A stretch of 64,000 nt of DNA from Promethearchaeota archaeon (GCA_048939765.1 JBHLPF010000009.1:9590-73589); one strand, 5' to 3'; shown: positions 47,473 through 57,693, numbered from the stretch's first letter. Numbers and translations are program-made. Notes: generated from the letters alone by a model not told the origin.

Positions 47473-48252
47473 ATGTCAGAGTCAGAACCCCTTATGCCTG
47501 CCCTCTTCGTTGGGCATGGATCACCCATGAATGGAATAGAGGACAACGAATTTGCGGAGAACTGGGAGAAGATTGCCGCTCAGATTCCTAAACCAAAGGC
47601 AATTCTCTGCGTTTCTGCTCACTGGGTTTCGCAAAATACACTCGTGTCAACAGCACCCCTGCCTGAAACAATTCACGACTTCTATGGATTCCCCGATGAG
47701 CTCTACAAACTGACCTATCCAGCTCCTGGTGCTCCTGAGCTTGCGATGCGGATTCAGGAGATTCTCAAGTCAAATCCGGTCTATCCAGATGAGTCGAGAG
47801 GTTTGGATCATGGTGCCTGGGTTGTACTACGGAGAATGTATCCAAATGCAGACATTCCAACCCTCCAACTGAGTCTGCACCAAGCATTGACGCCTCAGGA
47901 GCATTATGACATTGGTAGGGAGCTTCTTCAACTTAGAAGAGAAGGGGTCCTAATTCTGGGCAGTGGCAACATCGTGCATAATCTGGCGCTGGCAAGAATA
48001 AACCACACAGGATATCCTTGGGCCTATGAGTTCGATGAATATGTTAGAAAGAGAATAGATGCCGATGACCACAACTCACTCATTCACTATGAACTCATAC
48101 CGGACTCGGGCAAGGCATTTTGGACAAATGAGCACTATTTGCCACTCCTGTATGTACTTGCATTGAAACAGCCTCATGAGCAAGTCCGTCATTCAGCAGC
48201 TAAGGTCATCTATGGATCAATATCCATGCGCTGTGTTCTCATACGCGACTGA
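47473..48252 (+). CDS. ygiD: 4,5-DOPA dioxygenase-like extradiol dioxygenase (YgiD/LigB family)
   Basis: FVGHGSPMN, SAHW, TIHDFYGFP, GLDHGAW, GSGNIVHNL, EHYLPL. Confidence 0.93.
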   Translation: MSESEPLMPALFVGHGSPMNGIEDNEFAENWEKIAAQIPKPKAILCVSAHWVSQNTLVSTAPLPETIHDFYGFPDELYKLTYPAPGAPELAMRIQEILKSNPVYPDESRGLDHGAWVVLRRMYPNADIPTLQLSLHQALTPQEHYDIGRELLQLRREGVLILGSGNIVHNLALARINHTGYPWAYEFDEYVRKRIDADDHNSLIHYELIPDSGKAFWTNEHYLPLLYVLALKQPHEQVRHSAAKVIYGSISMRCVLIRD

Positions 48253-48395
48253 GTTCGCGCTTTCAGTATTTTTCCTATCTAATCTTTCAAGACGAAGCAA
48301 TAAGTGCTGTCGGAACGGTTTTGTTTCTAAGAAGGAACAGTTTTATTCCCTCACAGTGGATGTACCAAGAAGTAGTCTTTCGGTGGGTGAATATA

Positions 48396-48632
48396 ATGAT
48401 TACAGCCTTTATCATGGCAAAGATCGAGTCGGCAAAGGCCCGTGACGTGCTTATCCATGTCAGGGAGCTGGAAGAGGTTGAAGAAGCCCACCTGATTTAT
48501 GGTGCATATGACCTCTTGATCAAGGGTGTTTTCAAGACTCCAGAGTCCTTGAGCTCCTTTGTCGTAGATACCCTGCGAAAGGTTGATGGAGTGAAGGACA
48601 CAGTAACAAATGTCTGTGCTGCATCGGACTGA
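48396..48632 (+). CDS. Stand-alone Lrp/AsnC ligand-binding (RAM) domain protein
   Basis: V.EAHLIYGAYDLL..LRKVDGV..T.T. Confidence 0.88.
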   Translation: MITAFIMAKIESAKARDVLIHVRELEEVEEAHLIYGAYDLLIKGVFKTPESLSSFVVDTLRKVDGVKDTVTNVCAASD

Positions 48633-48668
48633 CATCGCTTCTCTTTGAAGCATTAGGTGGCTCCGCTT

Positions 48669-49169
48669 CTATTTGTCCTCCCAGTAGTATTCGAAGTCAC
48701 AGCAGTTGCGCTCTTCCATGAGAGTCGTAGACCTCTTCAATCTCATATTTGGATGAAGAGCTGGGGTAGCTGGGAAGTCCTGTTTGCAGTGAAGCAAATA
48801 TCCTATATCAGCTGCGTCAAGGTCATTGAATACCTTAGCGTAGATGCACTCTGTGACAATACAGATTGACTTGGCAGCGGTTTCCTCTGTGATTTCGACA
48901 ACTTCCATGCTGTCTTTGTTGAGAGCATCCACCCAATGTCTAAGCAGCACCTTCACGTCATCAAACGACTCTATTGGCCTATCCAAGGACTCAACGACGC
49001 TTCGCACATCATTCACTGCATTCTTCTCTGCCCAATCTGAAACAATCTCATGTGCCTTGTCCTTCCCCAAGACTTGCTCTAGTTCACGAATAAGGGACAC
49101 AAGCTTTGAGCTCTTGTCCTTGAAGTGTTCGTAGACAGTGATATTCATCCTATTCTGGAATATTGACAT
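48669..49169 (-). CDS. L-2-amino-thiazoline-4-carboxylate hydrolase-family protein
   Basis: VTECIYA..DIGYLL.CKQD..L.RSTTLM....CDF. Confidence 0.8.
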   Translation of the reverse strand: MSIFQNRMNITVYEHFKDKSSKLVSLIRELEQVLGKDKAHEIVSDWAEKNAVNDVRSVVESLDRPIESFDDVKVLLRHWVDALNKDSMEVVEITEETAAKSICIVTECIYAKVFNDLDAADIGYLLHCKQDFPATPALHPNMRLKRSTTLMEERNCCDFEYYWEDK

Positions 49170-49181
49170 AGTTCATTTCTC

Positions 49182-51065
49182 CTATTTGATGACAGCTTCT
49201 CCATCCCTTTCAAGACCAAGTCGCTTCAGAGTCTCCATCGTGGGGAGTCCTGTTTCCAAATCCCATCCTCGTTGTTCATAGTACTCATCAAGCATTTGAT
49301 CTAGCTCGACAACCTGTCCTGTTGAGGGACCCTTTGGCGCTCCTTCTTTGGTCAGTCTATCAGGGAGTTGGTCCTCGCGACGAGTGATACCTCGAGCAAC
49401 ATTGAACAATCGATTGAGATTTACAATGCGTTCTCCAATTTCCTGTAGTTCTTCGCTTGTTAGGTCTATGCCATTGTGTATCTTGAGAGCCTGAGCAATA
49501 TCATCATAGTAGAATTCAGGAGGAATCTGCGTTCCATACTTACATAGGCCAACGCTCTCGACCATGACCATAAAGTCCTCACATTCCTTGACCATAATCC
49601 CTTTGTATTTTGGATTGAGGCGGTCCGCCATTTCAGGTAGATATTGTTCCCCAAATCGTTCCTTGATCTCCTTGTCAAATCCTGCTTCATCGAGGACTGG
49701 GAACGCATACAGATGGTCTGCGCCTCTTGCTGCAGTGACTGCAGCCAGTCCCATTGATTTCTGAGCCCGTGGCTCTTGTCCTGCAATCTCTTGCTTCTTC
49801 ACAGTCATAACGAACTTCTCTGTTCCGCGACCAATCTTCGCCGCAGCTCGTGCACTGCCCTCCGCAAGGATATCACCAAAGCCCTCTCGCAGGGCAATCA
49901 TCTTGGTGAGCTTGACAATAGTTTCATGATTGCCCCAACTGAGATCGATGTCACTGGTGTCTTCAGCCGTCAGAAGTCCTTCATCCCACGCCTCCATTGC
50001 CCAAGATATGGTGGCACCGAGAGAAATAGTATCCATACCATACATGTTGGCCAGATGATGACTGTAGAGCACCGACTCTAGATTGTCATTTCCACAACGG
50101 GAACCGAGAGATGACTGTGACTCGAACTCCGGCGACCCACCGATGTATTTGTATGGGCCCTCCTTGACTCCGGTGTACCTGCCACATCGCTGCAGACAAC
50201 TCCAGTCAGACCTTGGCTTGACTAGATGCTTCTCTGTAATTGTGTGCCCACTGATCTTCTCAAAGCCCTCGAAGACTCCTTGGCGCATATTATAGCTTGG
50301 GAGCCTACCAATATGATTCATCAACTCGACCAGATTTGTAGTTCCATACTTGGCCCGTTCTTTTGTGAAGGGATTTGCCAGCATCCTCTCATAGAATATG
50401 TCCATCTGCTTGAGGTAGTTCTTGGAATCTGCAACCTCCAGCTTTCCAGACCCTCTCACCGAGATTGCTTTGAGTCTTTTTGAACCCATTACTGCGCCGA
50501 GTCCTGACCTCGCGGATGCACGGTCTCGGTCATTCATGATAGCTGCGAATCGAACCTTGTTCTCTCCTGCCTGTCCTATTGACAGCACTCTTGCTCTCTT
50601 GCTATGCTTCTCACGAATCCAATCATCCGTTTCAAAGACCGATGTGCCCCATATATCAGACGCATCTAGAAGTTCAACGGTGTCATTTTGGATATGGAGA
50701 TACACTGGGTCCGATGATGCTCCAGTGAAGATGATTGCATCATACCCAGCAAATTTCAGCTCAGCACCCCAGAATCCAGCCGCATGAGATTCTCCCCAGA
50801 TATCGGTTAGAGGTGATAGTGCAGCAACCACGTGACGCGACGCCTGCGGAAACATCGATCCAGTGAGAAGTCCAGTAGCAATTCCGAGCACATTCTTGGG
50901 GGATAGCGGACCAATTCCAACAGGAATGTTATCATATAGAACTCGTGAGAGATAGCCTGCTCCAAGGAGATACTCCCTGACCATCTCCTCTTCAACGGGT
51001 CTTTTCTCAATCTCACCCTTGGTCAGATCAATCCAGAGATTATTGCCTCCAATCCCCTTCATCAT
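49182..51065 (-). CDS. Aldehyde:ferredoxin oxidoreductase (W-pterin) family enzyme, copy 1
   Basis: SPLT..GES..G..G.ELKFAGYD, R.GLGAVMGSK.LKA, GMDTIS, EPR, RGADH, LDEYY..RGWD. Confidence 0.95.
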   Translation of the reverse strand: MMKGIGGNNLWIDLTKGEIEKRPVEEEMVREYLLGAGYLSRVLYDNIPVGIGPLSPKNVLGIATGLLTGSMFPQASRHVVAALSPLTDIWGESHAAGFWGAELKFAGYDAIIFTGASSDPVYLHIQNDTVELLDASDIWGTSVFETDDWIREKHSKRARVLSIGQAGENKVRFAAIMNDRDRASARSGLGAVMGSKRLKAISVRGSGKLEVADSKNYLKQMDIFYERMLANPFTKERAKYGTTNLVELMNHIGRLPSYNMRQGVFEGFEKISGHTITEKHLVKPRSDWSCLQRCGRYTGVKEGPYKYIGGSPEFESQSSLGSRCGNDNLESVLYSHHLANMYGMDTISLGATISWAMEAWDEGLLTAEDTSDIDLSWGNHETIVKLTKMIALREGFGDILAEGSARAAAKIGRGTEKFVMTVKKQEIAGQEPRAQKSMGLAAVTAARGADHLYAFPVLDEAGFDKEIKERFGEQYLPEMADRLNPKYKGIMVKECEDFMVMVESVGLCKYGTQIPPEFYYDDIAQALKIHNGIDLTSEELQEIGERIVNLNRLFNVARGITRREDQLPDRLTKEGAPKGPSTGQVVELDQMLDEYYEQRGWDLETGLPTMETLKRLGLERDGEAVIK

Positions 51066-51550
51066 ATCTCCTCCTTGTTGTACAGCTCATTCTCGTGCAT
51101 ACTATAGAGTGTTGATAGGCGACCGTCCGAATCCTTCTCATTCAGTTCACTCTCAGTGGTGATCCAGATTGCATTAACAGGGCATCGGTCAACACAATCT
51201 CCGCACTGGATGCATTTGATTGCCTTCTTGGTGTCTGGATGTAATCTGATTGCATAATAGGGGCATGCCTTGACGCACTCGCCGCTGCCTGTACACTTCT
51301 TGTTGTTCACAATGACAACACCCTTAGACGTGCGACTTATCGCCTTGTTTGGACAAGCAGCCATGCATGGAGCGTCTTCGCAGTTTCTACAAAAGAGGGG
51401 GAAATCAAGGCCTGGCTCAATTCTTACTGCTCTGACCCGAGACCAACGAGGGCCGATCACTTTTGAAAATCGCATGCTGCATACATTGACGCATATCATG
51501 CATCCTGTGCAGACTTCAGGGTCTCCAAACACGAACTTCAACTCAGTCAT
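51062..51550 (-). CDS. DmsB/HycB-like 4Fe-4S partner subunit
   Basis: CTGCMIC..C, CRNCEDAPC..CP, KCTGSGECVKACPY, KCIQC. Confidence 0.9.
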   Translation of the reverse strand: MTELKFVFGDPEVCTGCMICVNVCSMRFSKVIGPRWSRVRAVRIEPGLDFPLFCRNCEDAPCMAACPNKAISRTSKGVVIVNNKKCTGSGECVKACPYYAIRLHPDTKKAIKCIQCGDCVDRCPVNAIWITTESELNEKDSDGRLSTLYSMHENELYNKEEI

Positions 51551-51553
51551 TCT

Positions 51554-52912
51554 TCAGTCCTCAATTGGTGTCATACCTGTCATTGCTTGGAACCTTCCAT
51601 GTCCTGGCTTGACTAGCATCCTGTCATCCTCAAAAACTGGGGTGCCGCGGACAACAGTCATTGTTGGCGCTCCTTTCATTGTCATGCCTTCATACAGTGT
51701 CCAGCCACACTTTGAGAACATCATATCAGATGTCAACTTCTCCTCCTTCCAAGGGTCAATTATGACGAAATCTGCATCAGCACCAATAGCCAAAACACCT
51801 TTTCTTGGATAGAGGCCAAACAACTTTGCTGGATTTCTGGATGCAACATTCAATAGCCGCGTGAATGATATTCTTCCTTTGTTGACGCCTTCTGAGAGCA
51901 GCACTCTCAGTATCATTTGGACTCCATCAACACCTGACCAAGCTTCGCGAATGTCTTCAATCCCCGCTTCCTTCATCTCCAAGGGGCATGGTGCATGGTC
52001 ACTGACTGTCATATCGATTGTTCCGCGAAGTAGCGCTGACCATAGTGCAGACCTGTCAGCCTCTGCTCTTAGCGGCGGATTCATCTTGCTCCTCGGTCCA
52101 AGTCGGTTCATATCATCTCTTTGAAAGACCAAATGATGAGGGCATACCTCGGTGGTGACCATGGTCCCCTTCAGCTTGGCCCGCTCAACATCTGCCAAGC
52201 CCTCTCTGGTTGTGATATGTGCAACATGAAGATGGCCCCCTGTCAGCTCTGCAATTGAGGTGGCCTGCTTCACAGCGAGCTGTTCAGCTAGGTTTGGTCT
52301 GGCTAGTGAATGGCTTATTGGTGCATCCCATTCTCCTTCCATCTCTCGACCAAATTCGTCAAGCACGCCTTGATTCTCTGCGTGCAAGGTTATGTGTGCG
52401 CCACACTCCGAGGCAGTACTGAGTGCCTGAACCAATACGCCGTCACTAACTGGATATGGGTCACAGGTGAATGCCTTGAAAGCTGCAATGCCCTTCTCAA
52501 CCATGGCCGGAATCATGGTGTAATTATCAGAATTCAACATGCCTGCATAGAATGAGAAATCCACAACAGACATTGATTCACCTTGGGATATCTTTTCCTC
52601 CACCGCCTTGGGCGAATCAACCTGGTTAGTCAACGGCATGTCTATCACGGTTGTGACACCCCCCGCCGCAGCTGCACGCGAACCAGTGGTAAAATCTTCA
52701 TGACTCAGCATGGTGGGATCATGTAGGTGCGCATGTCCATCTATCAGTCCTGGAATGACGATTTTTCCTTCTGCATCAATGACGGTCGAGGCATCTGGCA
52801 AATGTTCATCGGTGGCAATACTGCAGATTCGACCAGCATCTATTCCAAGGCCACCTCTAGTTAGCCCTGACTCGAGCAGTAGCTTGGCATTCTTAACCAC
52901 AAGGTCTACCAT
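51554..52912 (-). CDS. Cyclic amidohydrolase (allantoinase/hydantoinase/dihydropyrimidinase-like)
   Basis: DGHAH, AAAGGVTT..DMP, FK, LHAE, HVAH, EVCPHH, KMNPPLR, SDHAP. Confidence 0.88.
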   Translation of the reverse strand: MVDLVVKNAKLLLESGLTRGGLGIDAGRICSIATDEHLPDASTVIDAEGKIVIPGLIDGHAHLHDPTMLSHEDFTTGSRAAAAGGVTTVIDMPLTNQVDSPKAVEEKISQGESMSVVDFSFYAGMLNSDNYTMIPAMVEKGIAAFKAFTCDPYPVSDGVLVQALSTASECGAHITLHAENQGVLDEFGREMEGEWDAPISHSLARPNLAEQLAVKQATSIAELTGGHLHVAHITTREGLADVERAKLKGTMVTTEVCPHHLVFQRDDMNRLGPRSKMNPPLRAEADRSALWSALLRGTIDMTVSDHAPCPLEMKEAGIEDIREAWSGVDGVQMILRVLLSEGVNKGRISFTRLLNVASRNPAKLFGLYPRKGVLAIGADADFVIIDPWKEEKLTSDMMFSKCGWTLYEGMTMKGAPTMTVVRGTPVFEDDRMLVKPGHGRFQAMTGMTPIED

Positions 52913-52944
52913 TATAGGCTGCCCCCTAACAATCATGGGATGGC

Positions 52945-53235
52945 CTAGCCGCCTCCCACTGGAGGGAAGAGGGCCACTGCATCCCCCTCTTCTAGCAGGG
53001 TGTCATACCCATCAAGTCGTTCTATACGAGTTCCATTAATCATACATTGATAGAATCGTTTCAGCTTGTCAGTTTCCTCATCTATCACAGTATCAATGAA
53101 CCGTCTTCCGTATTGTTCTTTTAGTTTCTCAAGCAAGCCCTTGATGTCATCAGCTTCAATCTCAGTACTTCTAGTCCCGACAGCCTCCCGCACGGTTGCA
53201 AAGAATTTCACAGTGACTACTGGCAAGCGTTTCAA
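52945..53235 (-). CDS. MoaD/SAMP ubiquitin-like sulfur carrier
   Basis: VKFFAT.RE..ING..LEEGD.VALFPPVGGG. Confidence 0.92.
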   Translation of the reverse strand: MKRLPVVTVKFFATVREAVGTRSTEIEADDIKGLLEKLKEQYGRRFIDTVIDEETDKLKRFYQCMINGTRIERLDGYDTLLEEGDAVALFPPVGGG

Positions 53236-53381
53236 CTCAGTTTTTCAACGTGGGTCTATGGCATTTTAATACTTATGAACGAGGATTATCATACGCTTTA
53301 GGTGTTCGTCAAATGGCTCTTGATGCACAGGAATTATTAGCTTGAGTGTTATTGCTTTAGCATCCGTTACCGTGACAAGTA

Positions 53382-54296
53382 GTGTCGAAAGAGGTTGGGC
53401 CAATGGAGATTGTGGTAATTGGACATCTGAGCAGGGATTTCACAATCACCCCTGAGAGGAGAATTGAAAACATCGGGGGCGGCCCCGCATATGCTATGAT
53501 TGCACCTAGGATTGGTGCCCTGGGCGCTGGAATTGTAAGTTGTGTGGGTGCGGACTTTGAGGATGAATATCTAAACGCTCTTGAAGATGCGGGACTCAAC
53601 ATCTCTGGAGTCCAGATACGAGGACAGAAGAGTACGAGGTTCATCAATGAATATGATGAAGAGGGAATTCGAACGCAGAGGGTTGAAAGCATAGGTCCCT
53701 CGATACGGCCTGATGACATTCTTCCTCAGCACAGGGATGCCAGCATCTATCACTTCAGTCCACTGACAGCTAGCGAGATCTCCTATTCGGTCATCAAGTC
53801 TGTGCGAGTGGGAGGCCCTCTGCTATCCATTGATTGTCAGGGCTTTCTTAGAGGAATCGAGGATGAGCAAATCATTGAGAGAGAATGGCTTGATAGAGAC
53901 GAGATTCTAGGACTGGCCGATGTTGTGAAATTTGATGAGGCAGAACTCAAACTGGCATATGATTCTCAGTCAGAGCTATCAGCAGTGACCGAAATCCTCA
54001 ACATCGGTCCGCGAATGGTCCTAGTGACACGGGACAGACGCGGGTCCACGGTTTATACTCGAAACACGCAGAAGGATATCCCCCTTGTATTGGCCAACGC
54101 TCAGACTGACCCGACAGGTTGCGGCGATGTATATGTCATTTCCTTTCTTCTGGAATACATGAGAACAGGTGACGTGAAGCGGGCGGGTCTTTTTGGTGCA
54201 ACGTGTTCCTCATTCAATGTGGAAACCGCAGGTCCGTTTGACCTACCGACCCGAGAACAGGTCGAGAGAAGGATGAAGCCCTACGTTCAGTCATAA
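53382..54296 (+). CDS. PfkB family carbohydrate/nucleoside kinase
   Basis: GG..AY, VG.D, IDCQG, DPTGCGD. Confidence 0.9.
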   Translation: MSKEVGPMEIVVIGHLSRDFTITPERRIENIGGGPAYAMIAPRIGALGAGIVSCVGADFEDEYLNALEDAGLNISGVQIRGQKSTRFINEYDEEGIRTQRVESIGPSIRPDDILPQHRDASIYHFSPLTASEISYSVIKSVRVGGPLLSIDCQGFLRGIEDEQIIEREWLDRDEILGLADVVKFDEAELKLAYDSQSELSAVTEILNIGPRMVLVTRDRRGSTVYTRNTQKDIPLVLANAQTDPTGCGDVYVISFLLEYMRTGDVKRAGLFGATCSSFNVETAGPFDLPTREQVERRMKPYVQS

Positions 54297-54324
54297 AGGG
54301 GAATCCTTTTTCGTCAGTTTATAT

Positions 54325-55530
54325 GTGAGCAAACCGGTGGAAGCAGTGCTAGATGATTTAGACTCACTAATGGAGAAACATGAGATAGATGGACTATTTG
54401 TCACCGGAAATGCATACAACACTCCAGACATCTATTGGCTGACTGGTTTCAGGTCGGGAGATGATATTACGTATGTGAAGAATCGAGGGGAGGAACCTAT
54501 TGTGGCTTCGTTCTTCCACACTCTGGAGCGAGTTCTGAAGGAAAGCCGAATACGGCGGACTCATGACTTGACTCAGGTCTACATCGGACTGTTACAGGAG
54601 GGGAAAAACGCGCGTGATAACATCGAGGTATTCGTGAAAGACACTATGAAGGAAGTCTTCACTGGTCAGATTGTTGGTGTACCTGATCACACTCCCGCTG
54701 AACAACTCATAGTCATTCAGAAAATGGGGTATGAGGTGAAAGTAGTTCCAAATCTGTTGCGTGAAGCTCGTGCCACGAAATCCGCAGCTGAGATTGATGC
54801 AATAAAAAAGGCTGGTGATGCAACCGTTGGTGGAATCACCAAAGTCCTTGAGATGGTTAAAGACTCAGCCATTGGTCCTAACAAGACACTGTTGTACAGG
54901 GGCGAGCCATTGACAGTCGGGCGGATGAAACTGGCACTTGAGCACTTTCTACTTGACCATGGTGCGGAGGCTGCAACGGATACAATCCTAGCTGTTGGAA
55001 CGAAGGCCTTCGACTGGCATTATTCAGGCGCTCCTGGTGATGAATTGAAAGCTGAACAACCCACCATTCTAGATGTCTTTCCTCGGCTAAAACAGGAACG
55101 CTATATCGCTGATGTAACTCGTACTTTTGTGAAGGGTTCAGTCAGTGAGAAACTATGTGACATGTTTGAGTCTGTTCAGGGGGCGGCTGGTTCATCTATT
55201 GATGCTATAAAGGATGGTGCCAAGATTGATGATGCAAATATGGCCTGCGGTGACCGTCTGAAACGCTCTGGGTACGACTCACGCCGGCTTAATCCTCAAG
55301 CCTCTGAGGGTATGACGCACGGGCTTGGACATGGGATTGGTCTTGAAGTGCACGAGAACCCATCACTGTACGATCGAGAGGCATACTTTGAGTCAGGTCA
55401 TGTGTTGGCTATTGAACCAGGCGTCTATTTGAAAGCAGTAGGCGGTGTACGAATAGAGAATGACTATCTAGTCAGTACTGACAGAGCTGTTCTCTTAACC
55501 AAAGGGCTTGATGAGATTCTGTATTTCTAG
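54325..55530 (+). CDS. Xaa-Pro aminopeptidase (M24) family
   Basis: D..YIADVTRT, HGLGHGIGLEVHE, IEPGVY, GVRIE. Confidence 0.92.
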   Translation: MSKPVEAVLDDLDSLMEKHEIDGLFVTGNAYNTPDIYWLTGFRSGDDITYVKNRGEEPIVASFFHTLERVLKESRIRRTHDLTQVYIGLLQEGKNARDNIEVFVKDTMKEVFTGQIVGVPDHTPAEQLIVIQKMGYEVKVVPNLLREARATKSAAEIDAIKKAGDATVGGITKVLEMVKDSAIGPNKTLLYRGEPLTVGRMKLALEHFLLDHGAEAATDTILAVGTKAFDWHYSGAPGDELKAEQPTILDVFPRLKQERYIADVTRTFVKGSVSEKLCDMFESVQGAAGSSIDAIKDGAKIDDANMACGDRLKRSGYDSRRLNPQASEGMTHGLGHGIGLEVHENPSLYDREAYFESGHVLAIEPGVYLKAVGGVRIENDYLVSTDRAVLLTKGLDEILYF

Positions 55531-55547
55531 TCGAATGCTGTAGACCA

Positions 55548-56642
55548 TTAATCCATGCTTAGTGCAGAATATGGGCAAACCGAGATGCACATGCCGCACC
55601 CTTCGCACTTCTCTGAGTCGATAGAGAAAGTCCCCTTTCCTTTATCCAGGTTGATCGCGTGGTACACACATGACTTTGGGCAAAGTCCACACCTTGTACA
55701 TTTCTCGAGATCTATTTTTGGGGGCGGTTCTAGTTTCACTCCCTTTTTGAGATGCTTGAGGGCCATTCCCTTGACGTCACTCACAGAGTCATATCTATGC
55801 TCATCTAGCCAATTGTCGATCTCTCGAACAATCTGACCATATACTGTGTCACCCTGCAGGATTGCTGCTGTGCATACCTCAACCGCAGATGCTCCTGCCA
55901 TCAAGAATTCAATTGCGTCCTCTCCTGTCGTGACCCCACCCACAGCTATGACTGGCTTCTTGATGCTCCTGGCAATATCCGCGATACACTTCATTGCGAT
56001 GGGTTTGAGAGATGCGCCACTCATCCATCCCTCTCCCAGGTCGCTTCCAAGGACCGGCTTACCTGTTTCAATGTCAATCCTAAGAACTGGACCGTATGTG
56101 TTGATTCCAACCACCCCATCAACAAATGGCTCCAAGTCCTTGGCTATCTTAGCGACATCGATCTTAGGACTAAGCTTGGCAAAGATGGGTATGTCCACAG
56201 ATTCCCTTAGAGCTCTGGCTATCTCGACATGCCCTCCGACATAATGCGTGCTGAACTCGATTGCATTGACCCCCTTTGCCTGAATCTTTGGTGCGATTTC
56301 TGCAACTTCTTCGGGTGTATAGCCTACACTCGCAATTAATGGAAGTCCTGAGCCCAGAGCGATCTCATACTCCTTCTCTAGCCATCGCTCCAGAGGCAAT
56401 TCGCTCCATAGCTCTGCATTCAGTATTCCTCGCCGTGACTCTCGCCGTCCACTACCCAGCGCAGCCATGTTGGGCTTGGGTACATCTGCAGGTTTGACAC
56501 TGACCGTCTTTGCAACGAGTCCACCTGCACCTCCAGCTGCAGCATTGAGTAGAGTGATTCCGTTTCTTGAGGTGGGTCCTGCTGCAGTGAAAACAGGATT
56601 TCTGAACCTCATTCCAGATATCTCAACTCTAAGGTCTGCCAT
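55548..56642 (-). CDS. PreA/dihydroorotate dehydrogenase-like FMN enzyme with C-terminal 2[4Fe-4S] domain
   Basis: NP..AAGP, AKT, NAELWSE, AKLSP, INT, G.SG..LKP, GGV, CTRCGLC..C, CEGCGMCISVCP. Confidence 0.88.
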   Translation of the reverse strand: MADLRVEISGMRFRNPVFTAAGPTSRNGITLLNAAAGGAGGLVAKTVSVKPADVPKPNMAALGSGRRESRRGILNAELWSELPLERWLEKEYEIALGSGLPLIASVGYTPEEVAEIAPKIQAKGVNAIEFSTHYVGGHVEIARALRESVDIPIFAKLSPKIDVAKIAKDLEPFVDGVVGINTYGPVLRIDIETGKPVLGSDLGEGWMSGASLKPIAMKCIADIARSIKKPVIAVGGVTTGEDAIEFLMAGASAVEVCTAAILQGDTVYGQIVREIDNWLDEHRYDSVSDVKGMALKHLKKGVKLEPPPKIDLEKCTRCGLCPKSCVYHAINLDKGKGTFSIDSEKCEGCGMCISVCPYSALSMD

Positions 56643-56689
56643 GCAATATTGTCATGAGTCCTTCAACATAAGAGTTCCCAGACATGAAT

Positions 56690-57646
56690 CTAGTCGTCGG
56701 GAAATCTAACTGGATTTGCCATTCCCACTTCCACAGTGTTCTCATTCCACTGCTTGATCTTCTCGGACGCTAATCGAAGGTAATCCACTTGTCTTGGGTT
56801 CAGCCCCAGCTGAGAACAGACAAGCGCATCCAACTCAAGGGTGTCGACCCCACTCCAAATCATTCCCATATCTCGATGTATTGCGGGATGAAGAATACTA
56901 TCCAGGGTTTCTGAGGTTGAGTAAACCGCCTCGATGATTCCTTTCACATCAAACAGTGCATTATACACCTTATTGATGTCCACAATATTCATACAAAGTA
57001 GCGAATCATCATCGCCGTGGTATTTTCCTCTCCAGGGACTTGGAATCATTCCAAACAGGTTCTTCAGAGTCAGCGACACGTGCAGTGCCTTCAGTGATCG
57101 CTTGGGTTTGGCTAGACTGAGCAGGGTGCCTCCCCTCAACTCATAGAGCCGTTCAGGAACAAGAGCATAGAATTCCGAATTCTCAACCATTGATGAGCAT
57201 GCCTCTACTTGAGCAGCAATCATATCCGAATCGCACATTCGGTTGGCCCATAGTTCTTCTGAGAGATTGAGATATTCAACCCCATGCTTCTCAAGAACCC
57301 TGTCAATCCCTGAATGTCGGAGAAACCATTTGTCGTTCTCTCTGAAATCATCTCTCGTCTGATTTCCCAACCTTTTGAGGAACTGATCATCTCTAGGTCC
57401 TCTGTGCTCAATGAATAGACTGGTGCGCCAAGCCGCATAACTCTCGACAATCACAACCTCACCTTCAACTGCGGAAAGCACCCAGTCTAGAATCTCACTC
57501 TCCGTGTACACCATTGAAGATGACCAGTTGGGTTTGATGATTACAGGTGGTTCCAATTTGAGTCCGGAGACGATCTCCATGAATGTGTCTCTTGAGCCCT
57601 CATCGGTGAACTTTGCAGGGCCGAGATCAATGATTCCCCCTGACAT
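56690..57646 (-). CDS. DUF362 family protein
   Basis: IIKPN, VIVES, SLAKPK..SLTLKNLFG, LDA. Confidence 0.8.
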   Translation of the reverse strand: MSGGIIDLGPAKFTDEGSRDTFMEIVSGLKLEPPVIIKPNWSSSMVYTESEILDWVLSAVEGEVVIVESYAAWRTSLFIEHRGPRDDQFLKRLGNQTRDDFRENDKWFLRHSGIDRVLEKHGVEYLNLSEELWANRMCDSDMIAAQVEACSSMVENSEFYALVPERLYELRGGTLLSLAKPKRSLKALHVSLTLKNLFGMIPSPWRGKYHGDDDSLLCMNIVDINKVYNALFDVKGIIEAVYSTSETLDSILHPAIHRDMGMIWSGVDTLELDALVCSQLGLNPRQVDYLRLASEKIKQWNENTVEVGMANPVRFPDD

Positions 57647-57693
57647 GGCACCGATGTTTTTACCCTTGCTCTTGGACTTTTCGGAACGCTGGA

